From: Torpedo marmorata
Lineage: Eukaryota
Length of the DNA stretch: 64,000 nucleotides
Assembly: GCA_977017645.1 (NCBI GenBank)
Contig: OZ360252.1
Location: 18,104,001-18,168,000 of the forward strand
Reading direction: 5' to 3'
The translations under genes were made by a program, and so were the position numbers. The notes below the pieces were generated by a model. The model ran no database searches. It saw nothing but the letters and a program-made list of their open reading frames with translations, and was not told where the DNA came from. Of this stretch, positions 37,701-49,700 are shown in pieces (within the stretch, counting starts at the first letter, position 1; every line of letters begins with the position of its first letter).

Positions 37701-40700
37701 ATGCCGGCCATCTAATTTTTTTGAAGAAAACCACGTCTAATAATGGAGAAGTGTACACAACCACGTTGCACGTGTGATCACAGACATAGATGCAAAGATG
37801 GTCTGATTATCATGGTCATCCTTCATATGAGATATTTGTTCGCATCTACTCGTTATTTTCATAACAAATAATATGGAAATTTAGAATGTTTGGTGTTCCT
37901 TTATCGACTATTATCAGAGTTTATGATTCCTCATGATTTGAAGTTATATTATTTCTGCAGGTCAGTGCAATTCTGGGGTGGGGGTAGGTGGTAGGTTAGT
38001 TTAGATTGCTTTAGCTTTTATACAAAATGTATTATGATGAAATTACTATATTAACTTTTTTGTGGCTTGGTTTTTTTATACCTATTAGTATTATAATACT
38101 AAATTGCAAAGAATAAAATTGATATATATCTGTAATGTATGCTCTGTTATGGATGGAGTAATGGAACATGTGATAATGCATTTCTTTGCTTTTTTCTGTA
38201 AACGTATATTGTAAATGAACTGTTATATCCATCATTTTATGGAATTAATAAAGAGATTTAAAAATGAAAGAAAGTAAATTTAGACATACAGCACGGTAAC
38301 AGGTGCTTTCGGCCCACGAGCCCGGGTCGCCCAATTACAATCAATTGACCTACAACCCCCGGAGTAAAACGGAGCACCCGGGGTAAACCCACCCAGACAC
38401 GGGGAGAACTGTAAACTCCTAACAGACAGTTCGGGATTCGAACCCCGGACCTGATCGCTGGCGCTGTAACAGCGTTGCGCCATCTGCTAGCTAACAGGAA
38501 TAATTCGTGGTAAAGGCAGTTTAAAGATTCAGGGAATAAGGGCAGGGGATGGATAAGTAAATAAAGGGGATGTCTTCAATCGGGTAAAACAATTAGAGTG
38601 AGTGATGATACAAAATGAGACTGAGTTGCAAAGGTTTATAAATAGCAGACGGGCATCGCCCAGGAGCGTATGCGTCAGTTCTGGGTTCCAGTTAAAAGCC
38701 TTAAATGTGAAATATTTTTATCTTCAAACGCGAGAGGGCCTCCCGTTTCCAGCCACCTCAATTTTTGTTTTCAAATGTTCTTTCTTCCGACTTGTGGATG
38801 ACAGATGTGGGCGAGATACTTGTCATTTGAAGAGTGGATGGCAAATTCAAATATACACCTGAACCCTGTGGATGACTGAAATTCTTGTCAGGCAGAGTGT
38901 TCTCAATCTCTTCATAAATTGCTTGGTAAAAGGCAACGGATGAGCCTCTGCCCCTCATTACTGCACCTGTGGACGTGAGGCAGAAGATTATTCTCTGCAA
39001 CGCAGATAAACGTTAGGAATGTGCCACAAAGAGCAGTTTGAATAAAATATGACCCATAGCGTATGAGAATGCACCGTGAACTTTGAAACTCACCTCGTCT
39101 CCGCGACCTTCTCTGTACTATCGTCATCAGCGCGATTAGCTCAGCGAGGAGGAGGACCCCAAGAGTGATGCATGCGGCAACCATGATTGAGGGACTCTTG
39201 TATCCTAACCATAAGATTTACATGAAGTAGAACATAAATTAACAGAAGGATTCACAATGCGCTCCTTTACACATTTGCAGCCAATGTTTATGAAGGTTAA
39301 GCACTGATCGTTCATTCTCAACCCTATCGATGTTTCCAAAGCACAAACTTGCTGGAGAAACTCAGCAGATCACGCAGCATCCACAGGACGTATAATGAAC
39401 CAACGTTTCGGGACTGGGCCCTTTGTCAGGTATGACCTGTTGCGTTTCTCCAGCACTTTTATGTATTGCACACGACAACAGCATCCGCAGAATTTCTGGT
39501 TTTACGATTTTCCAAACAGATTTTTTCTGCATTACACCAGATGAATGAGTGGGCCGTTAAAAATTCCGAAATTGTTTTCTAAACAGGCCTCATTGTTGAG
39601 CAACATCAGTTGGAAAGGTTAGCATTGTGTACACGACGCATGATAACGTGTGCCACCAGGATAAACATGGCGAAATTAATTTGTTCTTGAATGCCACCAA
39701 AAGACCCTAGCTTTGGGACTCTGTCTGTTCCCGTTATTTTGGAAATTTTCGTGACTCCAAAAAAAGGCAGGGTCTGCAAACAGCCCAGGAATGCCCAATT
39801 ATCAATGGCGCGAAGGGATAGAATTATGTTCACGCACGACTGGGCCTGGCATTTGTTTTCAGGGAGGAAAGTGACACATCAACCTCACCCCTGGCTCTGT
39901 ACCTATCACCATTGCACATGGTTATATAGACAAACGATCCGCTCTGTTGTGCTATGCGGAGTAGCAAAGGATAGCTCAGATACGAGATCCACACTCCGCA
40001 CAGATGTCACCCTCTATGTATTCAAGACATTAATTCGTGCAAGGAAATGCAGTCCCTAAGTAGTCAATGGATTCTCATGAAAGGCACGCTTGTTCGGTCG
40101 CTTTTATAGATAGAAAAGGCAGTATCCTAGCTCATGAAGGCAATGTCGACAGTGTCGAGAACATGCCCCAATCACGAGAACGTTCTCTCAATTGACGGAT
40201 CTGAACTTGGCACATGGGAGCATTACCACAGACAAAAATGTGTTCTTCACGAATTGTCTTGATTGTAAGATGTGTTAGGAATACAAAGATGTTCTGGACG
40301 CACTACTCAAAGCACCACACCGTTTCTGCACTTTGAAGGTCACCCGCGATTCATTAAGGCTGTTGAAGAGCGGCTGTCCCGCTGCCGTTACCCGCGATGA
40401 CCTCTCTACCGAGATATTTGGCAGGAGGTGGGAGATCCTGGTTTCAGCGACTGTAATATGTCCTGGGTAAAGTGGCGAGCAAACACAGCGAGAAGCATCC
40501 TCAAAATTCTACTGCCTTGTGCTAATTTAACAGTGAATATCAACGATTCTTATTGCTCTGTTCTTATCAACGTTCTTACCAACGAGCGATTACATACTGT
40601 TCTTATTAAGTCGTGAATATCATCTTATTGAGAAAAAAACAACTATTAATTTTGCTTCAAGCTATAATTTCCAGAATATATATTTGTAATAAATACCTGA

Positions 40701-43700
40701 ATCGTTGGAGCCAGCAGCCGACAAAACGGGATCTGTGGATATTATGGAATCGACATTTCAGAGACTTCATTCAATCAGGATTGAGAAAACGAAATTACGA
40801 CATTAAGGAATCGGTTGAAGAGGTGGTTGAAACTGTACAAAGACACGTACCGGAACAAAAGACAACGACGTCTTCCTTATGGTCACAGTCGTGTTGGCGG
40901 AGTTGTGAGGAGCGACAGCTGGAGAGAAGGGATTCACTTCCTGTGCATTTCACTTCATCCAACCAGATGTCACCGTCGCCGTGGGCAATGATCGATTCTC
41001 CTGGAATCCAACGAGCAGGGCCACAGCCCAACTGTCTGCAGACGACATCAGCGTCGGTAAGATCCCAGGAGTCGTCACACACCGTGCCCGAACCATTATT
41101 CCACCGTATCTCCAACCTTCCGGAGCAACGGGTGCTGCCGCCAACCAGCTGTAGTGACAGTTCTGAGAAGAGCAGGTATAAAATTATATAAATGAATTTC
41201 AAGTGAGTGACAGGTGAAATACATTTCACGTAACATTGCGTGCACTGAATGACCTGCAATTTCCGATTCTGATTCTTCATGGCAATCCTTTCCCTTATCG
41301 GATCCCTCCGGCACTTTGGTTTCTGTTGACAAGAGGAACATGGTGACGGATTTGTACATCTATTTTTAAAATGTCAGCCGCTGTTTCATGGCTCCCTGAT
41401 TTTACCTTCACAAGCAACACCTGCATCGTACTTGTGCTTACAGTCATGTTCTCCCCAAGGGGCTGATTGACATTGCCAGAGGGTCGACTCGTGCGATGTA
41501 CAGACCAGATCATCGAGCCATATTTTCCCAGATCCTTGTCCGTATTCCAAGGCATCGACTTCAAATGATTTGCGGGGTCCACATTTTAGTTGTTTACAAA
41601 CCACATCTGCAGCGTTCGGGTTGAATCCATCGGAGCACACTGTTCCCCATGTCCCATTGTACAGCACTTCCACTCTTCCTTCACATCGATGCCGTCCGTT
41701 CTTCAGTCGCATTTCTTTGTGCTCTATCAACGACAGAAGTTATGTACATTTTAACGCAATGTTTTCAAACCACCACCAGGAAAGATCTGTTTTGACTTAC
41801 AGAAAAACAAGAAATAGATACACATAATCTTGAAAACACATGAGGAAGAGGCTTATGGTGCGGAATATTAAAATGCTAAAAAGACGGGAGCGCGAATTGG
41901 CTGAATGTGGAGGTTTGGGGGAATGAGTGTCGGGAATGTGCATGATTGTTCTGTCTTTGACCGTGATGCGGTGGTGAAAACATTGACGATGATCAATGGC
42001 TTATTGTCAGGGAATCGCCGTTCAGAAAGTTGGATCCGCTGTGCAGCATTTTCAAGGATTTGTCTCCTTCATGAGTCGCTCCGCTCCTCTGCAGAGCGCA
42101 CCAACCAGTTCCGTCTGACCGTAGGTTGTGCTACAACTGCAGGAGACGCGACACCATTGCTTTCGCACATTCTCCAGAGCATCAAACAGTCCTTGCAGGT
42201 GAAAGGAGGATTCACCTCAACTTGTTCCAATCATTACATTGCATTCTATGCATCAGAATTTTCCACTCTATATTTATTAAACTATTCCGAAGCACCTTCA
42301 TTCAGTCGGAAAGAGTTGTCCTGAGCCTATCGACCACTTCAAATAACTCTCCCACATTGAATCCTTGATTTCCATCTGTGAGGCTCCGTCGTGATGCATG
42401 GAAGATGAACACAACCATGCGGAACAACACCATATCTTCCATCTGGACACGGCACACCCTTCCGGATTCGATAACATTGTCACAATTTTTAAGCAAATCA
42501 AATTTTAATCCAATTACAATTTTCCATATTTGTCTTTTATCATGTCTGCTCAGTTGTTTGCTCTCTTAATTTAACCTGTCGGGATCACCCGCAGCAACAT
42601 ATTACACAAACACAGAAAAATAATCTGAACCGCAAAATTACGCCAACTGCCACATTCATGGCCAGCCTATCCGAAATATTCATTTCGTTCTTCCAAACCC
42701 ACTCCCAGATTTTATTCACTCCTTTCCGGCAGTGGCTCTGACCCGAAACGTGAAATCAGTCTCTTTCCAAAATTTATTCTTGCACTGTTTGTTAATTAAT
42801 TGGTAGCAATCCGGAATGCTGTCGGTAAAGCACCTCGCAAACAAACACGGGAAAGAAAATGGCAAATCCGCTTTATAAAGAATGGTCGTGCTTCAAACAT
42901 AATTGAATTAAGTGGCCTGTGCTCCCCCTGCCCTTTCAAACCTTTGTTTCTAACTAACAAACCCTGATAGAACTCACAAAGGAACAGCAATGGAAGATGC
43001 ACCAGACAATGGTCAATTCAAAAATTGTTTTATTAAACTATTAATAACATAACACATCTTACTTATCTGTAAACTTAACTTTAACTTAAAGCCCACTATG
43101 CGCATATGTAAGTGTGTGTGTGTTAAAGTCCAAACTATTTTAGTTTAAACTTGAATCTGAAAAAGTCAATTTTAAAGTCCAGTTTCCAACTTTCTGTTGA
43201 ACTTTAGGATCCCTTTAAATTGTGATTCAGAAGTAAATATAAAGCAAGAATGGAGCATTCGATTTCTTTCAAACTCACAAGTCTTTTGACGAGTTGTCTT
43301 TCAGGGATAGTCTTCATACGAGTGTGTTCGCAAGTTTCCCCTATCTTGTTAGGGTTACAGAACTATGATCTTCACGATGATTTCTTTCTTAATATGGTGT
43401 AACATATGATGATATCTTCCTTTCTTAGAAACAATTTGAAAGTGGTCTTACTTATTTTAAGAGCCACTTATTATGTATTTCCTATGATACGGATAATACA
43501 CAGAGACAGCACCTCTATCCATTCAGAGATCATTGCTCAAACTTAATTCTGTCTTTTCAGAATGTCAATGTTCTTCAGACTTTAATCTTTGTCTTTCCAA
43601 AGTGTCAGAGTTTCTGCAGTGTGGTTCAGTCTGTTTCAAAATGTCGCTCTCCTTTCATTATATATTTCTAACATCATGTGACATTACATCACCACAGTTT

Positions 43701-46700
43701 TCGTGTCATTTTCAGAATCATTACCTCATGCCTTTCTTCAAAATCACTTACATCCACAAAAACATCTAACCTCATCTCTGTTCCAAGAGGCTTAAGTGAT
43801 TATGATTCCAAATTGTCTGATTGCCATCAGCCAGCAGCATACTGTGCACACAAAAATGCGTTTAAGCAACCACTTCAGTTTTATGGCATTTGTCTTTCAA
43901 GACGCGATGACTCTGAAAACTCCCAGGTGAAATTTCTTTCTCTCAGTAATGTTTTTGTTTTCTGCAAATATGCTGTGACATTTGAGTGACCCTGTGCCAG
44001 CCCACAACTAACCTTACTAAGATATATAATTCTATAACTTAACATTAAATATTAATATTAACATTAACACTTCCGTTACACCTTCACCCCGAAACTTTTA
44101 TTCAGAAGGCTGCCTGCTTTTTACTCAGACATTGAAGAAAGGCTCAGGCCCGAAACTTTGCTCATATGTCTTTGCCACCCATGGACCCTACAAGACCTGT
44201 TGAATCCTCCAGCATATTTTTGTTCATCCTACATGAGAGCCCCTGCAGACTTTTGTGTTTCATTTAATTTCCTGCATAAATAGTGGGAAATGGCAACCAG
44301 AGAGCCAGCGACCACGAGGTCTGCGCCCAAGATGGCAGCGCCTTTTAACCGGCAGCAGCCACGAGGGGCTGCAGATTCTGGGGAAGCTGAGGACTGGAGC
44401 AGGGCATCAGAGGACGGGAAGATCACCACCGTCTGAGAAGGAGAAGCGGAGGAGACGACCCATGGGACGGTGACCAGGGCGGCGGACCGGTGAGGGGATC
44501 TGAGGCTGAAGGACCAGTGCATGCGGCGGGCTGCAGGTGACTCGAGGCGATGAACCCGCGGAGGCTGTGGGCTGCTGCAGACTGCTGTTGGGGGACTCAC
44601 GCCGGGCTGCGGACTGCGGACTGCTGGAGGCTGGCTCGAACTGGTTGGAGAAGTACCAGGTATCGGAACCGGGATGCGAGGGGGTGCCGAGGGCGACGTC
44701 ACCGTGTTTGGGTTTCGGATCTGAAGCTCGGGTTGCCGATGGTTTGGATCGGGCTCTGTGTGGCTGCGGAGGCTGCGGAAGCGCTGGCGGCGAATCTACG
44801 GACACTCGGTGACTCAGGGGGAACTCCCTTTTGCTTCTATTTCTCTGAGTGAAAGGAATGTTGGAGGCGCTTAGGCAATTTCTGCCCGTGGCGAATCTGT
44901 CTGCCTTGCAGCAGGCAAAAGGAAATTTCATAGAATATGACACTGTCTTATTACTATGATAATAAATTGAATCTTGAATTTTGAATCTATAGTGGCTGAA
45001 AATTAGATGAAGGTCTTCCTGAGTTACAGTAAGTAGAATTGGAAATAAAATGAGAGCAAACCAGAACACTGAGAAAATATTGCTGAATAGTAGACCTGAA
45101 GAAAGGAACTGTAAGAGTTAGACGTGGTATCTCAGACTTATGCAATGACGAAGAGGTATTAAACTTTAAATAACTATGATAATTGTGATGCAGCAGAAAA
45201 TGAACAGATTGAATGCGCCCTCACAAGAACATGTAATTGACACATCTTCTTTATGCGTGCAGTCGTGTTCTCCCCACCTCGCTGACAGACATTCCCAGAG
45301 GCATGATTCGTTCCCCGAACATCTCACTTCATCCAACCAAACTGTCCCTGAGCTTCGTCCGCAGTAACGGGGATGTTTGTTCTCCAAAGCATTTCCGCAA
45401 CCTAGCTGCCTGCAGACCACGTTTGCGTCAACCACATCCCAGGAGTCATCACAAACTGTGCCCCAAGTACCATTGTAATAAATCTCCAGTCGTCCAGCGC
45501 ATATATCTCCCCCGTCAGACAGCCGTAGTTGCAAGTGGTCTGTTGAACAACAAAACAGAAGAGCATTTGCTTCATTACATATTGAACACATCACAGAGTT
45601 AAACAAGATATTGGCGGATGCTGGGGTCCGGTGCAGTGCACAAACATGCTGGAGATACTCAGCAGTTCATAAGGATTAAATTTAGGAGCAGGAAGGCTTT
45701 GCTGCAATTGTGCAAGGTACTGGTGAGGCAGCATCTTCAGTACTGCGTACAGTTCTCTTCTCCTTACGTGAGGAAGGATGTACTGGCTTTGGGAGCGGTG
45801 CAGAGGAGGTTCACTGGGTTTACTCCAGAGAAGGGGGGGTAGCGTATGAGCAGAGATTGAGTCGTCTGGGACTGTACTCGCTGGAATTTAGAAGAATGAG
45901 AGGGTATCATATAGAAACGTATAACATTTTGAAAGTCATACTTAAGATCGAGGGAGGTAATTTTTTTCATTGGTTGGGGAGTATAGAACTGGTGAACATA
46001 GCCTCAACATTCAGGGCAGTAGATTTATGACGGTACACCGAGTCTGGTGCAGTGGCAAATAAGGGAAGGAGGAAAATGGGGCGCACTGTTGTGATAGGGG
46101 ATTCCATAGTTAGGAAGACAGATGAGAGGTTCTGTGGATCCCGGATGGTATGTTGCCTCCCTGGTGGCAAGGTCTGGGATATCTCAGATCGAGCTCACGA
46201 CATTCGTAGGTTGGAGGGTGATCAGCCAGATGTCGTGGACCATGTTGGGACAAATGACATACGTAGGAAGGGTGTGGAGGTCCTGAAAGGAGAGCTCAAG
46301 AAGTTTGACGCTAGGTTGAGGAGGAGGACGTCCAGGATAGTGATCTCAGGATTTCCTCCAGTGCCACGTGTGGAGAGGTTAGAAATAGGATGATAAGGCA
46401 GCTTAACACGTGGCTGGGTCATGGTGCAGTAGGGAGGGATTCACGTTTCTATATCACTGGGCACTGTTCCAGGGAATGTGGGATCTGTACCGATGGGACG
46501 GATTGCATTTGAACTGGAAGGGGATTAATATCCTTGCCAGTAGGTTTGTTAGTGTTTTCCCGCTGGGTTTAAACTAGAGTTGCAGGGGGAGGGAAAGCAG
46601 AATATAAGAGCAGTTAGTGAGAAAGAGGAGGATAAAGGTCATACTAGGACTGCATGTATAGACAGAAATCAAAGGTTTGTACGTGATAGAAATGTTCTCA

Positions 46701-49700
46701 GGTGTATTCATTTTAATGCAAGGAGTATTGTTAGAAAGAAGGACCATCTTAGGGCATGGATTGACACGTGGGATTACGACATTATTGCTTTCAGTGCGAC
46801 TTGGTTGCAGGAGGGACAGGACTGGCAGCTTAATATTCCGGGGTTCCGTTGCTTCAGACGTGATAGAGGGGCAGGAATGTAAAGGGGGAGGAGTGGCAAT
46901 GCTAGTCAGGGAAAATAACTCAGCTGTGCGAAGTCAAACTGCCAGGAGGGTTTGTCTACAGAGGCTATATGGGCGGAGTTGAGGAACGGGAAAGGTGTGA
47001 ACACACTGATAGGGTTGTATTATAGACCGCCTAATAGTGAGAGATAATTGGAGGAGCAAATCTGTAGAGAGATAGCAGACCGATGTAAGAAGCAGAAAGT
47101 TGTGATAGTTGGAGATTTCAACTTTCCAAATATTGACTGGGTCTCCCATACTGTGAAAGGGCTGAATGGCTTGGAGTTTGTGAAATGTGTTCAGGAAAGT
47201 TTTCTAAATTAATATATAGAGGTACCAACGAGAGAGGATGCAGTACTTGATCTCCTATTAGGGAACAAGACAGGTAAGGTGGCAGATGTATGTGCAGGCG
47301 AACATTTTGGGTCCAGTGACCATAATGTCATTAGCTTCAAGTTAATTATGGAAAAGGATAAGTCTGGTCGTCATGTTGGGATTCTAAATTGGAGGAAGGA
47401 AAATTTTGTGGTAATGAGAAAGGATCTAGGAACAGTGGATAGGGATATGTTGTTTTCTAGCAAGGGTGTGTTAAGTCAGTGGATGGCCTTCAAAGGCGAA
47501 ATTGTGTAAGTGCATAGTTTGCATGTTCCTGTTAGGATTAAAGGCAAATTTAGCAGGCATAGGGAACCCTGGTTTTCAAGGGATATTGGCGATCTGGTTA
47601 AGAAGGAAAGGGAGGTGTATAGCAAGTATAGGCAACAAGGTGCTAATGAGAAACTTGAAGAGTACAGAAAATGCAGGAAAATACTCAAGAAAGAAATCAC
47701 GAAGGCAAAACGAAGACATGAGGTTGCTTTGGCAATAATGTGAAGGTAGACCCGAAGGGCTTCTACAAATATATTAAGAGTAAAAGGATAGTAAGCTACA
47801 AAATTCGTCCCCTAGAGGATCAGAGTGGTCAACTGTATGTGCAGCCTCAGGTAATATGGGAGATCTTAAACAATTTGTTTGCGTCAGTATTTACTCAGGA
47901 AACTTGCATAGTGCAAAAGGAAGGAAGGGAAAGAAACAGAAGTGTAATGGTACATAATTCCCTGAACATTGATTCACACCTAGATAGGGTGGTGAAGAAA
48001 GCATTTAGTATGTTAGCCTTCATAAATCAGAGTATTGAATACAGGAGATGGGATGTCATATTGAAGTTGAATAAGGCCTTGGTGAGGCCAAATTTGGAAT
48101 ATTGTGTGCAGCCTTGGTCGCCGAATTATAGGAAGGATATAAGCAGAATAGAGAGAGTGCAGAGGAGATTTAAAAGAATGTTGCCGGGTTTCTGGGATTG
48201 AGTTACAGGGACAGGATGAGCAGGCTGGGACTTTATTCCCTGGAGCGTAGAAGATTGAAGGGTGATTTGATAGAGGTATTTAAAATTGCGAAAGGGAAAG
48301 ATAGATGCAATGTGGACAGGCTTTTTCCATTGAGAGTGGGGAAGATTCAAACAAGAGGGCAGGGATTGAGATGGAAGGGGGAAAAGTTTAGAGGAAACAT
48401 GAGGGGGAATTTCATCACTCAGAGGGTGGTGGGAGTGTGGAACGTGCTTCCGACCGAAGTGGTAAATGCAGGTTCAATTGTAATGTTTAAGGAAAGGTTG
48501 GATTGTTATATGGACGAGAGAGGTGTGGAGGGTTATGGGCCAGGTGCGGGACAGTGGGACTAGGTGGGAGAAGATGTTCGGCATGGACTAGAAGGGCCGA
48601 ACTGGCCTGTTTCTGTTCTGTAATTGTTGTATGGTTATATGAAACATATGGAGATTAAGGAGGTGGAAGTGCTTGCTGCCTTACAGTGAATAAAGGAAGA
48701 TAAATGCCCCGGGCCGGATATGATATTCCGTCGTACCTTGAGGGAGACTAGTGTAGAAATTTCAGGAGCCCTGGCTGATATATTCAAAATGTCCTTAGCC
48801 ACAGGTGAGGTGCCAGAGGATTGGAGGTTAGCTTATGTTGTCCCGTTTTTTATAAAAGGCTTAAAAAGTAAACCAGGTTATGATACTCCGGTGAGCCTGA
48901 CCTCAGTAGTAGGTACACTATTCTAAGCAGTTCTAGAAGATAGGATATATCAGTATCTGGACAGCCATGGGCTGATTAAGGACAGTCAGCATGGCTTTGA
49001 CTTGGTAGGTCGTGTTTAACGAAACTTGTAGAGTTTTTGGAGGAGGTTACAAAGAAGGTAGATGAAGGAATGCCTGTGGATGTTGCCTACATGGACTTTA
49101 GTAAGGCCTTTGACAAGGTCCCACACGGGAGGTTAGTTTCAAAGGTTGAAACATTAGGTATCCATGGATTCAAAATTGGCTGTGTGGGAGAAAACAGAAA
49201 GTGGTAGAAGATGGTTGCTTCTCAGACTGGAGGCCTGTGACTAGTGGTGTGCCTCAGGGATCTGTGTTGGGACAATTGATGTTTATTGACTGTACCAATG
49301 ATATGGATGATAATGTGGTAAATTGGATCAGCAGGTCTGCTGATGACACAATGATAGGAGGCGTTGTGGACAGTGAGGAAGTAGTTTAAAGCTTGCAGAG
49401 GGATCTGGACCAACTTGGAGAATGGGCCAAAAATGGCAGATGGAGGGTAATGCAGACAAGTGTGAGGTGAAGCATTTTGGAAGGTGAAACCAAGGTAGGA
49501 CATACACAGTAAATGGTAGGGCACTGGGGAGTGCGGAGGAGAAAAGAGATCTGGGAATGTTCCCTGAAGGTGGCGTCGCAGGTGGACAGGATTTTAAAGA
49601 AACTTTTGGTATCTTAGCCTTCACAAATCAAAGTATTGAGTTTCGGAGTTCGGATGTTGTGTTGAAGTGGTTTAAGACATTGGTGAGGCCATATTTGGAC

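Noticed and set aside
46052-46393. GDSL/SGNH esterase-like ORF
   Set aside because: It is the ORF1 esterase of a CR1 LINE, not a host gene.
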